Counted from the first letter of the stretch, positions 30,437 through 40,238 are shown. The stretch is DNA of 64,000 bases from Candidatus Kaiserbacteria bacterium (GCA_028820405.1 JAPPJI010000025.1:609-64608); one strand, 5' to 3'. Numbers and translations are program-made. Notes: generated by a model from the sequence alone, not told the origin.

Positions 30437-30523
30437 CATGTACATGTACCACCTATTTCCAATCATTCTCCTCTGCGCAGTAATTGCAATCCCTGCCCTG
30501 ATACTCATTCACGGCAGGGACTA
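30437..30523 (+). CDS. 28-aa hydrophobic micropeptide, putative
   Basis: An AGGAGG RBS lies 6 nt upstream of the ATG. Translation is MYMYHLFPIILLCAVIAIPALILIHGRD. It lies between paralog B and the terminator. Confidence 0.3.
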
Positions 30524-30529
30524 GAGAGG

Positions 30530-30562
30530 AAAAACCCCAGCACACCGGTGCTGGGGTTTTTA
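30530..30562. terminator. bidirectional Rho-independent terminator
   Basis: The hairpin CCCCAGCAC-accg-GTGCTGGGG has a T-run on the plus side and an A-run on the other side. Confidence 0.6.
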
Positions 30563-30578
30563 TATTCCTCCTATACCG

Positions 30579-31019
30579 CTAGAACGGTATGTCATCAGGG
30601 TTAATCGTTACCTCCGGATATTCAGGAGCTTTTTCGGGAGCAGGTGCTGTTTTTGCCGGTCGCGGAGCAGGAGACCCGCCCTCTGGTGCTCCTGCCGACC
30701 TCGGTCCGAACTGCATCTGCTCACCGATGATCTCTGTTCGATATTTGGTCACGCCATCCGCTTCCCAACTGCTTGTTCTGAGTCGCCCTTCGACGAAGAC
30801 ACCGCTTCCCTTTTTTAAATACTGTTGTACCAGATCAGCAAGACGACCGAAAAAGACGACGTTATGAAATTCCGCTTCCTCAACCCGCTCACCCTGCTGG
30901 TTGTTATAAAAACGGTTGGTGGCAACACCGACATTGGCAACATTCGCTCCGCTCGGAAGCTGACGTATTTCCGGATCCCTCGTCAGATTGCCGTAGATGA
31001 ATGCCTTATTGATAAACAT
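30579..31019 (-). CDS. ssb: single-stranded DNA-binding protein
   Basis: It has an OB fold, a Gly/Pro-rich tail and a C-terminal DDIPF. Confidence 0.9.
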   Translation of the reverse strand: MFINKAFIYGNLTRDPEIRQLPSGANVANVGVATNRFYNNQQGERVEEAEFHNVVFFGRLADLVQQYLKKGSGVFVEGRLRTSSWEADGVTKYRTEIIGEQMQFGPRSAGAPEGGSPAPRPAKTAPAPEKAPEYPEVTINPDDIPF

Positions 31020-31033
31020 AGCTGTAGTATACC

Positions 31034-31498
31034 CTACTCATCCCCGTCACTCTTTTTCGCCTTCTTTTTGTCATCGGCTTTTTTTTCACCCTCCTTTTCT
31101 TCCTTCTCAGCCCCCTCCTCCTCTTTTTCCTCGCCAGGAAGCACCGGTCCGATCCGAGTGTCTCCGTCTGCCGTCTCAAGGACAATGAAACGAATCACCT
31201 GACCGTCGCCTTGCAATAACGTGTGAATATCCCGCACCAGCGATTGCGGTGACCGGAACTTGACAGAGCCGAAGTGTGACTCATCATATCGGTCATACAC
31301 ACCGTCACTTTGACGCACTTTGTGCCGAATAGTGTAGGCGAGACTGATCTTTTGCATCGGATCTTCGCCGAGCACCGTACCACTTGCACTGATCGTTTCC
31401 TTCAAATCTGCTATTTTTTTTGCGATCTCTGCGTCCTCAAGCGCCGGAACATAATGAACGCTAACCTCGTAGATTTTCTCTTTTTCCTTTACTGCCAT
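31034..31498 (-). CDS. rpsF: 30S ribosomal protein S6 with an acidic C-terminal tail
   Basis: An S6-like core (KIYEVSVHYVP...LAYTIRHK) sits in the conserved rpsF-ssb arrangement. Confidence 0.7.
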   Translation of the reverse strand: MAVKEKEKIYEVSVHYVPALEDAEIAKKIADLKETISASGTVLGEDPMQKISLAYTIRHKVRQSDGVYDRYDESHFGSVKFRSPQSLVRDIHTLLQGDGQVIRFIVLETADGDTRIGPVLPGEEKEEEGAEKEEKEGEKKADDKKKAKKSDGDE

Positions 31499-31536
31499 GA
31501 CCCCCACAGTACCACACCCCCTCCTCGGTTGCAAAC

Positions 31537-32592
31537 CTACCGACTCCTCGCTCTCAACTTCTGTATTTTTCCGGATTTCAAATCGTTAAACACCTCTTGC
31601 ACGATAGCGGCAAGGGGCACTGCGATGACAACGCCGACGAAACCGGCAACCATTCCCGCCATAACAACAGACAGAATGACGAGGATGGACGAGATACCGA
31701 CCACCTTCGCAACAACGAGCGGATAGATGAGGTTGTTTTCAAACTGCTGAATGATGATAAAAACGACGACGACCAAAAACGCCAATGTTGTATCACCGGT
31801 CGTGAGTGCCATGAGGATTGCGGGGATTGCCCCAAGCACCGGACCAAAGATCGGGATAATCTCAAGAATGCCGGCAAAGACCGCCAGGAACAGTGCATTC
31901 GGGATACCGAGGATGGTCAACGCAAGATACACGAGAACACTCACAATACAAATGAGGAGCAGTTGACCTTGGAGCCATTGCCCTACCTTCACCTTTACCC
32001 GACACCACAGATCTTCAATGTATGCCTGGTATCGACGCGGTGTCATGACGAGCAAAAAATCATCCACGACTTTTTGATTCACTGCAAACAAAAACGTAAG
32101 GAGCAGGAAGAGGATGATGTTCACGAGACCGCCGAACAGAGAGAATATTCCTGATCCGGTTACGGTGAACAGTCGTTGCACGATGTCCGGAATTCCGTCC
32201 TGCGTTGCGTCAGTGAAGAACGCCTGACCGGCAACGAAGTTCTCAAAAATAGTCCCTGCAGTCACCTGCTGCATCCACGTGCTAATGTTTGGGAGTGCCT
32301 CAAGGAACACGTAGTACTGATTCAAAACGGTCGGCACGATGGAGTACAGAAAGGCAGTAAATACCGTGAATACCGAAACATAGAGAATCACCACCGATAT
32401 CTGCTCCGGTATGCGAAACCGTGAGAGGAATCGCTTCATCGGATCAAGTGCCATTGCAAAAATAACTGCACTAACGACAACGAGAATAACCTCGCGCACC
32501 TCATAGAGGAACCATCCTCCGAGTAAAAACAGCAGGGTTAGAAAAATTGTTCCTGCCGTTATCTGTATAGTGACCAAGCGCTCACGCATCAA
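31537..32592 (-). CDS. AI-2E family (UPF0118/PerM-like) transporter
   Basis: A polytopic membrane protein with FAGILEIIPIFGPVLGAIPAIL. Confidence 0.8.
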   Translation of the reverse strand: MMRERLVTIQITAGTIFLTLLFLLGGWFLYEVREVILVVVSAVIFAMALDPMKRFLSRFRIPEQISVVILYVSVFTVFTAFLYSIVPTVLNQYYVFLEALPNISTWMQQVTAGTIFENFVAGQAFFTDATQDGIPDIVQRLFTVTGSGIFSLFGGLVNIILFLLLTFLFAVNQKVVDDFLLVMTPRRYQAYIEDLWCRVKVKVGQWLQGQLLLICIVSVLVYLALTILGIPNALFLAVFAGILEIIPIFGPVLGAIPAILMALTTGDTTLAFLVVVVFIIIQQFENNLIYPLVVAKVVGISSILVILSVVMAGMVAGFVGVVIAVPLAAIVQEVFNDLKSGKIQKLRARSR

Positions 32593-32610
32593 TCACAATA
32601 TACCATACCG

Positions 32611-34554
32611 TTACGATGACGGTGCAACAACACCGCCCCGTTCCGCCTCACGCAGGGGCTCTGACAGCACTTCCGTTGACAACGGCTGCACAGAACCTTG
32701 TACCGACTCATTAATATACGCATCTCTCGCCTGCCACGTTGTTCCCTGCGAAAGAATCAGTACATTACCAACGTCACGTTCGTCCGGATCAACAATGATC
32801 TGCACTTCAAATGATCGGGACGATCGTTGACCGACTGCGGTAAACGACGGGATACGGACAGCAATCTCATTGAAACCTTCATCATATGTCCAAAAGTCAC
32901 GAGCAATGCCTGCAATTTGACCAGCAAAGGTAACCCCTCGATTGAGCGGTATCTTCATAAAGAAATCCTCTATCGGATTTCCGCTATTTTGAATATCGTA
33001 CGCAAGCGTATACGATGTCCGCTTGCCAACCTGCGGTGGGGTCGGACCCTGGTTTGAAAATGACCCGTCCTGATACAATGTTCTCGCTACAACCTGCAGT
33101 GACCCTCGCAGTGAGACTTGTCGCTGCAGTGCGTGATCAATCGTTTCAACAGACCGCGTCTGTGCCCGCAACGCCTTCGCAGAAACCGACACAATGACAT
33201 TCCGCTCTGCCTGCAGTGCTTCTGACTGCTGCGAAAGGGTATTAAACGAGAACTCCACTTCCCCCTGACCGCCGGCACGGATCAGGGAATACGATCGAAT
33301 CTGCTGCTTATCCCACACAATTTGCCGAAGTGACTCACTGAGATGCCCGTTCGGTGACGTAACACTGCGCTCATCAAATCCGTTTCCGGAAAGCGAAACG
33401 GTGATGATGAGATCTTCAAGCCGTTCTTTGTCAGCATTCTTCCAGGAGAGTTGTCCGCTGACAACACCGCCGGGTGAGACTGCAATGGTTCTGTCACGGC
33501 TGCCGTTCAAGGCAAGGTCAATGTCAATAAACGATTTTTCAATTGCAAAGATGACACTCTCTTCTGCAACCTTCACCGACTCACTCAACTGACCGGTTGG
33601 CGAAACAAACACACCGACAACGAACGCCTGCTCGTCCCGCTCTTTTCCGCTGATAACTCCTCTCACCCACACATCACGCCCTTCGTTCGGCCGTAGTGAC
33701 GAGAGTCGCCACAACGTTCTCTCAGCATTAAACGGTGTCGTTGAGAACGACGACGGGGAAAACCCGGAAGGGTATGAGACCTGGACGTAGACCGTGTCAA
33801 TGATGTCCTTCATGTTCGATTGCACCTTTGTCTGAAACGTGACCTCTTTTCCGGACACAGGACTCGTGTGGGTAGGCTTGGTCAGGAGAATCGGTGTCGT
33901 GCGAAGTTTGATACTATGACTATCCTCTATCCGCATTGGCTGCGAGGTCCCCTGTGCCTGATAGCCGACCTCGTACACAATCTCTTTTTCCTGACCGTCA
34001 ATCCCATACAAGATCGGGGTAACATTTTTACTCACCACTTCACCGGTTTCCATCGAGCCGATGACAATCTCATCCCGATGCAGACGAACCGTGTCGTCAG
34101 CAGTTTTCTTGTAGGTGCCGTCCGGATAGATGATCGTCAGCGCCACATCTTCTATCGGAACAGGGTTACCGTTTGCAATGCGGATGGTAAGCGGTGTGGC
34201 CAGCCCGCTGTCAGCGACACTGGGACCCTGTGTCAGGATGGTAATTTTACTCGTGGAAACGGTCCGGTCAATGCCGGCAAACCGAACAAAATAGGCAACA
34301 CCGACGGTTATGAAAAAGAAGAAAAAGGTCGCGATGGCAAGGTAAATGAGGTAATTTGACCGGGGCTCCGCCGCCACACCCCCTTCCCAGTCGTCCGGCA
34401 GCGTTGTCTCCTCCTTTTTCAACGGTGCTTGATGGTCAGCTACCTTTTTTTTAACGTCGTAGTAGAGTGTTCGGGAAGCATCGCGAAGGCGCATGATATC
34501 AGTATACCCTACCACCTGCTCCGTGATATTGTGTACAATTCTTTGATATGCCAT
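32611..34554 (-). CDS. large membrane-anchored extracellular protein, hypothetical
   Basis: It has a cytoplasmic N-terminus, a single transmembrane segment (NYLIYLAIATFFFFFITVGVAYFV) and then about 550 aa of beta-rich repeats. The start is uncertain. Confidence 0.5.
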   Translation of the reverse strand: MAYQRIVHNITEQVVGYTDIMRLRDASRTLYYDVKKKVADHQAPLKKEETTLPDDWEGGVAAEPRSNYLIYLAIATFFFFFITVGVAYFVRFAGIDRTVSTSKITILTQGPSVADSGLATPLTIRIANGNPVPIEDVALTIIYPDGTYKKTADDTVRLHRDEIVIGSMETGEVVSKNVTPILYGIDGQEKEIVYEVGYQAQGTSQPMRIEDSHSIKLRTTPILLTKPTHTSPVSGKEVTFQTKVQSNMKDIIDTVYVQVSYPSGFSPSSFSTTPFNAERTLWRLSSLRPNEGRDVWVRGVISGKERDEQAFVVGVFVSPTGQLSESVKVAEESVIFAIEKSFIDIDLALNGSRDRTIAVSPGGVVSGQLSWKNADKERLEDLIITVSLSGNGFDERSVTSPNGHLSESLRQIVWDKQQIRSYSLIRAGGQGEVEFSFNTLSQQSEALQAERNVIVSVSAKALRAQTRSVETIDHALQRQVSLRGSLQVVARTLYQDGSFSNQGPTPPQVGKRTSYTLAYDIQNSGNPIEDFFMKIPLNRGVTFAGQIAGIARDFWTYDEGFNEIAVRIPSFTAVGQRSSRSFEVQIIVDPDERDVGNVLILSQGTTWQARDAYINESVQGSVQPLSTEVLSEPLREAERGGVVAPSS

Positions 34555-35117
34555 ATCCGGTCATCAATACCCGAGCGGTCATTCTCCATACACACCCAAC
34601 AGGCGAAGCAAATCGGGTACTCACCCTCCTCACCGAACAGCACGGCACGCTGCAGGTATTTGCCCGCAGTGTCCGAAAAGAAACGTCCCGTATGCGTTCT
34701 GCAGCGGTACCATATGCACTGGTCTCGTCATCAATTATTCTCAGTCGGCAGCATATCCTTAAAGATCTCCGAGTCATTGACCCGCTGCAAGATATTTGGA
34801 ATCGTGAACCGGTATACACCTCATACGTTGCCCTCCTCCGCTTCGTGCACACCACTGTTCCGGCAGTCGGTCACCATGATCCGGTGATATTTTCACTCGT
34901 CCTTGATGCGATCAGATCATACACAACAAGACCGCCATGTCAGACCGACGCCATCCTCCTCACTACGCAGGTGTTTATTTTGCATCGACTCGGATATGTA
35001 CACAATCCTGATCTTGACAGCATGTCACTCTCAACGGTCATCTCAGACACAACAACGTCTGCAAAACAACAACGTCTGTTCAAAAAACAAATCAAAGAAG
35101 GAATGACGTGGCAGTGA
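34548..35117 (+). CDS. recO: RecO-like DNA repair protein (short)
   Basis: An N-terminal OB-fold pattern (RAVILHTHPTGEANRVLTLLTEQHGTLQVFARSVR) and an LGY motif suggest RecO. No zinc finger. Confidence 0.5.
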   Translation: MPYPVINTRAVILHTHPTGEANRVLTLLTEQHGTLQVFARSVRKETSRMRSAAVPYALVSSSIILSRQHILKDLRVIDPLQDIWNREPVYTSYVALLRFVHTTVPAVGHHDPVIFSLVLDAIRSYTTRPPCQTDAILLTTQVFILHRLGYVHNPDLDSMSLSTVISDTTTSAKQQRLFKKQIKEGMTWQ

Positions 35118-35119
35118 CG

Positions 35120-38100
35120 CTAGACGGAAAGCCGACCCGGTTGTTTGACGAGTACCACATGCACCGGTGTACCGTCAACGGTACACTCATGTGCACCGTC
35201 ACGAGGACTCTTGTCATAGATTACTTCTTCAACCCGAAGTTCTTTCTTGATATGGTCTTCAAACTGTTTGAGCTGCCGCTGTTTTTCCTCTGTCGGAAGG
35301 TAGACATACATACGTGCAAGCACCTCGGTGAGTGAACACTGCATCTTCTTTCGTACCCCCTGTATGTTACGTATGTATGACCGAACAAACCCTTCCGTAC
35401 GAAGGCTGTCGTCAAGTACCGTATCAAGAACGACTACTTCGTCTGCTGCAGGGGTAACAATGACCTCTTTGACGTTGACCTCTTCCGCAATAATATGCTT
35501 CCCCTCGTCGGACACCGCCTCCTTAATCGTTACCGATCGAAGCGGCTGCCGAACGGGGATACCGGCACGGGACCGCACCTCATGTGCAAGAGAGACAATG
35601 TGTCGAATGCTGTCAACCGCTTCCACCACATCCTGACGGACCGGCATTGACCGTGACCATGAGCAAAGATGAACACTCTCGGGAAACGGGATAACGGGCG
35701 AATGATATTTTTTAAGGCGGCTGAAGAGGTGTTCCGCAAAAAACGGGGCGATCGGGGCTATACATTTTGCCGTCTCCGTCAGTACAAAACGAAGTGTCTC
35801 CCGAGCCCGCGCACCGTCCGCACTGTCACTTCGGATACGGTCACGGGATCGGCGAATGTACCAGGTCGAAAGATCGTCAACAAACGCAGCAATTGGTCCG
35901 GCTGCAAGATCCATTCGGTACCCTTCAAACCCGTCCGTCATGCTTTTTTGCACCATTGCAAGACGTGATCGGATGTAGGTATCAAGCAGTGCGGTATTTC
36001 TGCCGCGCCGATGCGGCAGGTGTGCGTACGACTCATAGAAAGAAAAACAGTTGCCGAGACGGGTATAGATTTTTTTGTACACATCGTGCACCTGCTCCTC
36101 CTGAAAATCAATGTCCTGACCCCGGACAACGGGCGAGGCGAGGAGGTAGTGGCGGAGTGAGTCGGCACCGTACTGATCAATCAGCTGCAGCGGATCGGTG
36201 TAGTTTTTCAGTCTTTTGCTCATTTTTCGGCCGTCCGAAGCACGAATCAGACCGGTGGTCACCACATTTCGATACGGTGCCCGGTCAAAAAGACCGACGG
36301 CAATTGCCATGAGACTGTAGAACCAGCCGCGGGTTTGATCAAGTCCTTCGCAGATAAAGTCAGCAGGGAAGCCGTTTCCCCGCTCCGGATCAAACGAACT
36401 GCCTCGTGCAAACGGATAGTGGTGTGACCCGTAGGGCATCGCACCGGACTCAAACCAACAGTCGAACACCTCCTTGTTGTGGTATGCCGGGTTGCCGTTA
36501 TCGTCAAAGAGCACAATATCATCAATGTACGGACGGTGAAGATCAATGTCACCGTGTTCATCCCAGTGCACTCCCTTGTACGGCACTGAGGTAATACTGC
36601 AGTACGGTGTCGGCAGGATACTCACCGAGGCAATACGACTGGTCATTTCAGACACCAACGGTTCCATTGCCTTCGCCAAATTTATCACCATCCGGTGCGT
36701 CACCACAACGATCGTTTCCCCTTCGTACTGTGCGTCAACGGTTTCAAGAAATGTCTGGATTCGTCGATAGATGTCCCGATATGATTCACCGTCCGCCACC
36801 GGTGTATCAATATGCTTATACAACGCTCCCCTCTTTATCTCCCACAGCAGTTCACGGATCGGTCTGTTATTCAACGACGGAACCTGCAGTTCAGTTAAAA
36901 GCGGATCTTCAATCACTTTTGCACCTGTTTCTTTCGCAATACGTTCAGCGGTTTGTTTGGCGCGCGGAAGCGGTGAACAAAAAATAACGGTCGGCGATCG
37001 GTCTCGTATCTTTTTCCCTGCCGCTGTTGCCTGCCGCTTCCCCCGCTCAGTGAGACCGTCGCTGTCGCCCGGCTGGCAGTGGAAGAGTTTTCTTCGGTTA
37101 TGTTTTGATTCACCATGCCGAACAAAGAGATAGCTGTTCTTCGGACGCATACGGTCAAGCATTTCCTCAATTGACCCAACGACAAATGTTTCTCCGGTTT
37201 TCTTCACCGTCCACACCGGCAGCGGTGCGCCCCAAAATCGTGTTCGTGACACCGACCACTCTTTGGCACTCGCAAGCCAGTTACCGAACCGACCGTCACG
37301 GAGGTGACCGGGTACCCAACGAACGGTTCTGTTCTCCGCGACCATCTGATCCCGCAGCCGCTCCGCATGGACGAACCAAGAATCCGTCGCGTAGTTGAGG
37401 AGGGGGGTATCACACCGCCAACAGATCGGGTAGCTGTGCTCAACAGTTCCCCGATGCAGGAGGACTCCTCGCCGGTCAAGTTCATTGCAAATCTTCTCAT
37501 CAACGTCTTTCGGGTTACCGCTCTCCTTCGGCCGCAGACCGGCGAATTCTTTAAGGTCATCAGTAAAGACACCGTCAATGGTAACGTGATGACGAATCGG
37601 CAGCCGCTCTCTCTTCGCAAGTTCCATGTCCTCTTCTCCGTACGCGGGTGCAAGGTGCACGACAGCGGTACCGGTCGAATCTTCTACATACGGTGCATGG
37701 TATATCCGATGCACCCGCTGCTGCTCATCGTCAGAAACGTGCAAGGAGGGCAACGGCGGTCGGTACCGGTGACCGATGAACTCACTCCCCTTCTTTTTTG
37801 CAACAATCGTCGCGTCACCGAGAATACCGAGTGCTCTCTCGTGCAACACATATCGCTTCCCCTCTTTCTCCGCGACAACATAATCCAGGTCTTTGTGCAC
37901 TCCGAGTGCAACGTTGCCAAACAGCGTCCACGGAGTCGTCGTCCAGGCAACAAATGAGAGTCCCTCGTCTTCCGTGCTGGGAAACAGAACATAGACTTCC
38001 GTGTCGGTGAGGGTGGTATAGTTTTCTGCAACTTCAGCGTTTGAAATAGTTGTTGAGCATCGGGGACAGAGGTGGAGGATTTTTCTTCCGGCACTTGCAA

Positions 38101-38659
38101 GTCCCTTGCGGTGCAGTCCTCTGAAGGCTGCCCACACTGACTCTGTATACGCAACATCCATGGTCCGGTACCCCCGACTCATATCAACCCAACGACCGAT
38201 CCTCTGAATGAACTGTTCCCACTCTTTTGCATGGCGGAACACCGTTTCCCGGGCTTTCTCATTGAACTCACGGATCCCGTGTTCCTCAACATCCCGTTTT
38301 GTCTTAAGTCCCACCGCCTGTTCAACCTCAACCTCAACCGGCAGTCCGTGACAGTCCCAGCCCCACCGACGGCGAACAGTGTACCCCCGCATTGTCTTAT
38401 ACCGAAGCAGTGCATCCTTCACGACGCTTTGCAAGATACTGCCGTAGTGCGGGAGACCGGTTGCAAACGGAGGACCGTCGTAGAAGATGAACGGTTTCTT
38501 TCTCCGAAACGTATTCCGAACCTTGTTCCAAAACCCCCGCTCACGTCGTTCACTTTTTTCAAAAATATCATTCTCCTGCCAGAACGTGAGAACCTTTTTT
38601 TCCTGTTCCGCAACCGATGAACGACGTGCATCATCAGCAGGCGGCTGTTTGACGCCCAT
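35120..38659 (-). CDS. ileS: isoleucyl-tRNA synthetase (type 2) with an inserted histidine-phosphatase (PGAM-like) domain
   Basis: IleRS is identified by PPFATGLPHYGS (the HIGH motif), the CP1 editing motif TTPWTLFGN, GRKMSKRLKNY (KMSKS) and an anticodon-binding domain. Between FWGAPLPVW and DLHRPYID there is an extra roughly 190 aa carrying LFVRHGESKHN, LTERGKRQA and VVVTHRM histidine-phosphatase motifs. The start is set at MGVKQ... Confidence 0.85.
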   Translation of the reverse strand: MGVKQPPADDARRSSVAEQEKKVLTFWQENDIFEKSERRERGFWNKVRNTFRRKKPFIFYDGPPFATGLPHYGSILQSVVKDALLRYKTMRGYTVRRRWGWDCHGLPVEVEVEQAVGLKTKRDVEEHGIREFNEKARETVFRHAKEWEQFIQRIGRWVDMSRGYRTMDVAYTESVWAAFRGLHRKGLASAGRKILHLCPRCSTTISNAEVAENYTTLTDTEVYVLFPSTEDEGLSFVAWTTTPWTLFGNVALGVHKDLDYVVAEKEGKRYVLHERALGILGDATIVAKKKGSEFIGHRYRPPLPSLHVSDDEQQRVHRIYHAPYVEDSTGTAVVHLAPAYGEEDMELAKRERLPIRHHVTIDGVFTDDLKEFAGLRPKESGNPKDVDEKICNELDRRGVLLHRGTVEHSYPICWRCDTPLLNYATDSWFVHAERLRDQMVAENRTVRWVPGHLRDGRFGNWLASAKEWSVSRTRFWGAPLPVWTVKKTGETFVVGSIEEMLDRMRPKNSYLFVRHGESKHNRRKLFHCQPGDSDGLTERGKRQATAAGKKIRDRSPTVIFCSPLPRAKQTAERIAKETGAKVIEDPLLTELQVPSLNNRPIRELLWEIKRGALYKHIDTPVADGESYRDIYRRIQTFLETVDAQYEGETIVVVTHRMVINLAKAMEPLVSEMTSRIASVSILPTPYCSITSVPYKGVHWDEHGDIDLHRPYIDDIVLFDDNGNPAYHNKEVFDCWFESGAMPYGSHHYPFARGSSFDPERGNGFPADFICEGLDQTRGWFYSLMAIAVGLFDRAPYRNVVTTGLIRASDGRKMSKRLKNYTDPLQLIDQYGADSLRHYLLASPVVRGQDIDFQEEQVHDVYKKIYTRLGNCFSFYESYAHLPHRRGRNTALLDTYIRSRLAMVQKSMTDGFEGYRMDLAAGPIAAFVDDLSTWYIRRSRDRIRSDSADGARARETLRFVLTETAKCIAPIAPFFAEHLFSRLKKYHSPVIPFPESVHLCSWSRSMPVRQDVVEAVDSIRHIVSLAHEVRSRAGIPVRQPLRSVTIKEAVSDEGKHIIAEEVNVKEVIVTPAADEVVVLDTVLDDSLRTEGFVRSYIRNIQGVRKKMQCSLTEVLARMYVYLPTEEKQRQLKQFEDHIKKELRVEEVIYDKSPRDGAHECTVDGTPVHVVLVKQPGRLSV

Positions 38660-38757
38660 ATCTACGGGAGTATACCACAGTGTCTCTTGCAAAAAGAAAA
38701 GGTGCCCGCACATATTGTTGCGGACACCTTCAGAGATCTTCCATGATCACCCTTCCT

Positions 38758-38868
38758 TTATCCCACCATTGCAAGCGTGATAACGAGGAGGGCGAGACCG
38801 ACGATACGCAGCGTATCAAAATCAATCTCCTGGTCAAGGACATAATCAAGGGTTTTCCTTAGTATTTT
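38758..38868 (-). CDS. hypothetical 36-aa peptide with a hydrophobic C-terminus, in the position where rplA is normally found
   Basis: Translation is MKILRKTLDYVLDQEIDFDTLRIVGLALLVITLAMVG. The RBS is a weak AAGGAA. Confidence 0.2.
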   Translation of the reverse strand, partial: KILRKTLDYVLDQEIDFDTLRIVGLALLVITLAMVG

Positions 38869-38956
38869 CATGGGACATTCCTTGGTAAGGGGTATGTTGA
38901 TATAATATAACAAAACGTGAAAAAAGGCAAGTTTTGGGCGAAAATACGCCTGTTTC

Positions 38957-39379
38957 CTAGGAAATAGAGATACCCATAGAACGGGCGGTCCCTTCAAGGA
39001 TCTTTTCAGCGGCGGCGATATCCCGAGCATTCAGGTCCTGCATTTTCTGCTCAGCGATCTCCGTAAGTGCCTTCCGGTTGATCGTTCCGGCTCGTTTTAC
39101 CAGATTCTTTCCCGACCCTTTATCAATACCTGCCGCCTTCCGAAGCAGGAATGATGCCGGAGGTGTTTTGAGAATGAAATCAAAGGTCTTATCCTCATAG
39201 ACGGTAAGGATGACGGGGACAATATCACCCTGCCGGTCTTGTGACGCGGTGTTAAATTGTGAGCAGAAATCTCCGATATTGATACCGACCGGACCGAGTG
39301 CGGTGCCGATTGGCGGTGCAGGTGTTGCCTGACCTGCCGGAATCTGCATTTTGACAACGTGACCTATTTTCTTAGCCAT
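38957..39379 (-). CDS. rplK: 50S ribosomal protein L11
   Basis: QIPAGQATPAPPIGTALGPVGINI is the L11 signature. Confidence 0.9.
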   Translation of the reverse strand: MAKKIGHVVKMQIPAGQATPAPPIGTALGPVGINIGDFCSQFNTASQDRQGDIVPVILTVYEDKTFDFILKTPPASFLLRKAAGIDKGSGKNLVKRAGTINRKALTEIAEQKMQDLNARDIAAAEKILEGTARSMGISIS

Positions 39380-39392
39380 ACCTTATTTATAC

Positions 39393-39932
39393 CTATAAAC
39401 CGCGGATTTGGAAAATGTCGAGTTTGACCGGGGTCTCCCGACCGAACATGGAAACGTACACCATAGCCTGACCTTTGTCCGGATGCACCTCACCAATCCT
39501 GCCATCAAGATCTGCAAACGGTCCGTCAGTGATTCGAACCATATCACCAACCTTGAAATCCGTTTCATGGTGCACCACGTCACCGCTCATTTGCTGTTTA
39601 ATGATGTCAACCTCTTCCTGCGACAGTGCCTCAGCATACTCTTTGGTGCCGAGAAAACCGGAAACATGCTCAACGTTATTCACCGCATACCAGGTTTGGT
39701 CATCAATGACCATGTGAACAATAATATAGCCGGGATAGATGCGTTCCTCCTTCTCAGTCCGCTTCCCGCCTTTCACCCGCACCTGTTTCTCCGTCGGGAC
39801 AATGACTTCAAAGATTCGATCACTCAGATCAAGTGAATTAACTGCCTGCTCAATCCCCGACTTCACCGACTGTTCAAATCCTGAGTGTGCTTTGACAACG
39901 TACCACTGTGCCTCTTCCTTTTTTTCCTCCAT
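39393..39932 (-). CDS. nusG: transcription termination/antitermination factor NusG
   Basis: An NGN domain (WYVVKAHSGFE) and a KOW motif (KVGDMVRITDGPFADLDGRIGEV). Confidence 0.9.
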   Translation of the reverse strand: MEEKKEEAQWYVVKAHSGFEQSVKSGIEQAVNSLDLSDRIFEVIVPTEKQVRVKGGKRTEKEERIYPGYIIVHMVIDDQTWYAVNNVEHVSGFLGTKEYAEALSQEEVDIIKQQMSGDVVHHETDFKVGDMVRITDGPFADLDGRIGEVHPDKGQAMVYVSMFGRETPVKLDIFQIRGL

Positions 39933-39941
39933 GATATGAGA

Positions 39942-40115
39942 TTAAATAACAATACCCTCAAGCAATGTTGCATACCCACCATCTATTGCACCGAGCAAAA
40001 ATCCGGCGATGAATGCCGCAATGAGAACGATGACGGTCAGAATAAACGCACGGCGTATTGAAAGCCAGCGTATATATCGAAACTCACGATGTACCTGTGC
40101 AAAGTACCGAAACAT
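39942..40115 (-). CDS. secE: preprotein translocase subunit SecE
   Basis: A small protein with a C-terminal transmembrane segment, in the conserved secE-nusG-rplK order. The start could instead be at 40151. Confidence 0.65.
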   Translation of the reverse strand: MFRYFAQVHREFRYIRWLSIRRAFILTVIVLIAAFIAGFLLGAIDGGYATLLEGIVI

Positions 40116-40154
40116 TGCATACTGTATACCGTATATAGCAGTAACAGTCAATCA

Positions 40155-40238
40155 GGTGCCGGAGGCGGGACTCGAACCCACATACCGTAAGGTACACGAT
40201 TTTAAGTCGTGCGCGTCTACCAGTTTCGCCACTCCGGC
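40155..40238 (-). tRNA. tRNA-Leu(UAA)
   Basis: Acceptor GCCGGAG/CTCCGGC, anticodon loop CTTAAAA, a long variable arm, a T arm with TTCGAGT, and a 3' end that reads CC-T rather than CCA. Confidence 0.8.
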
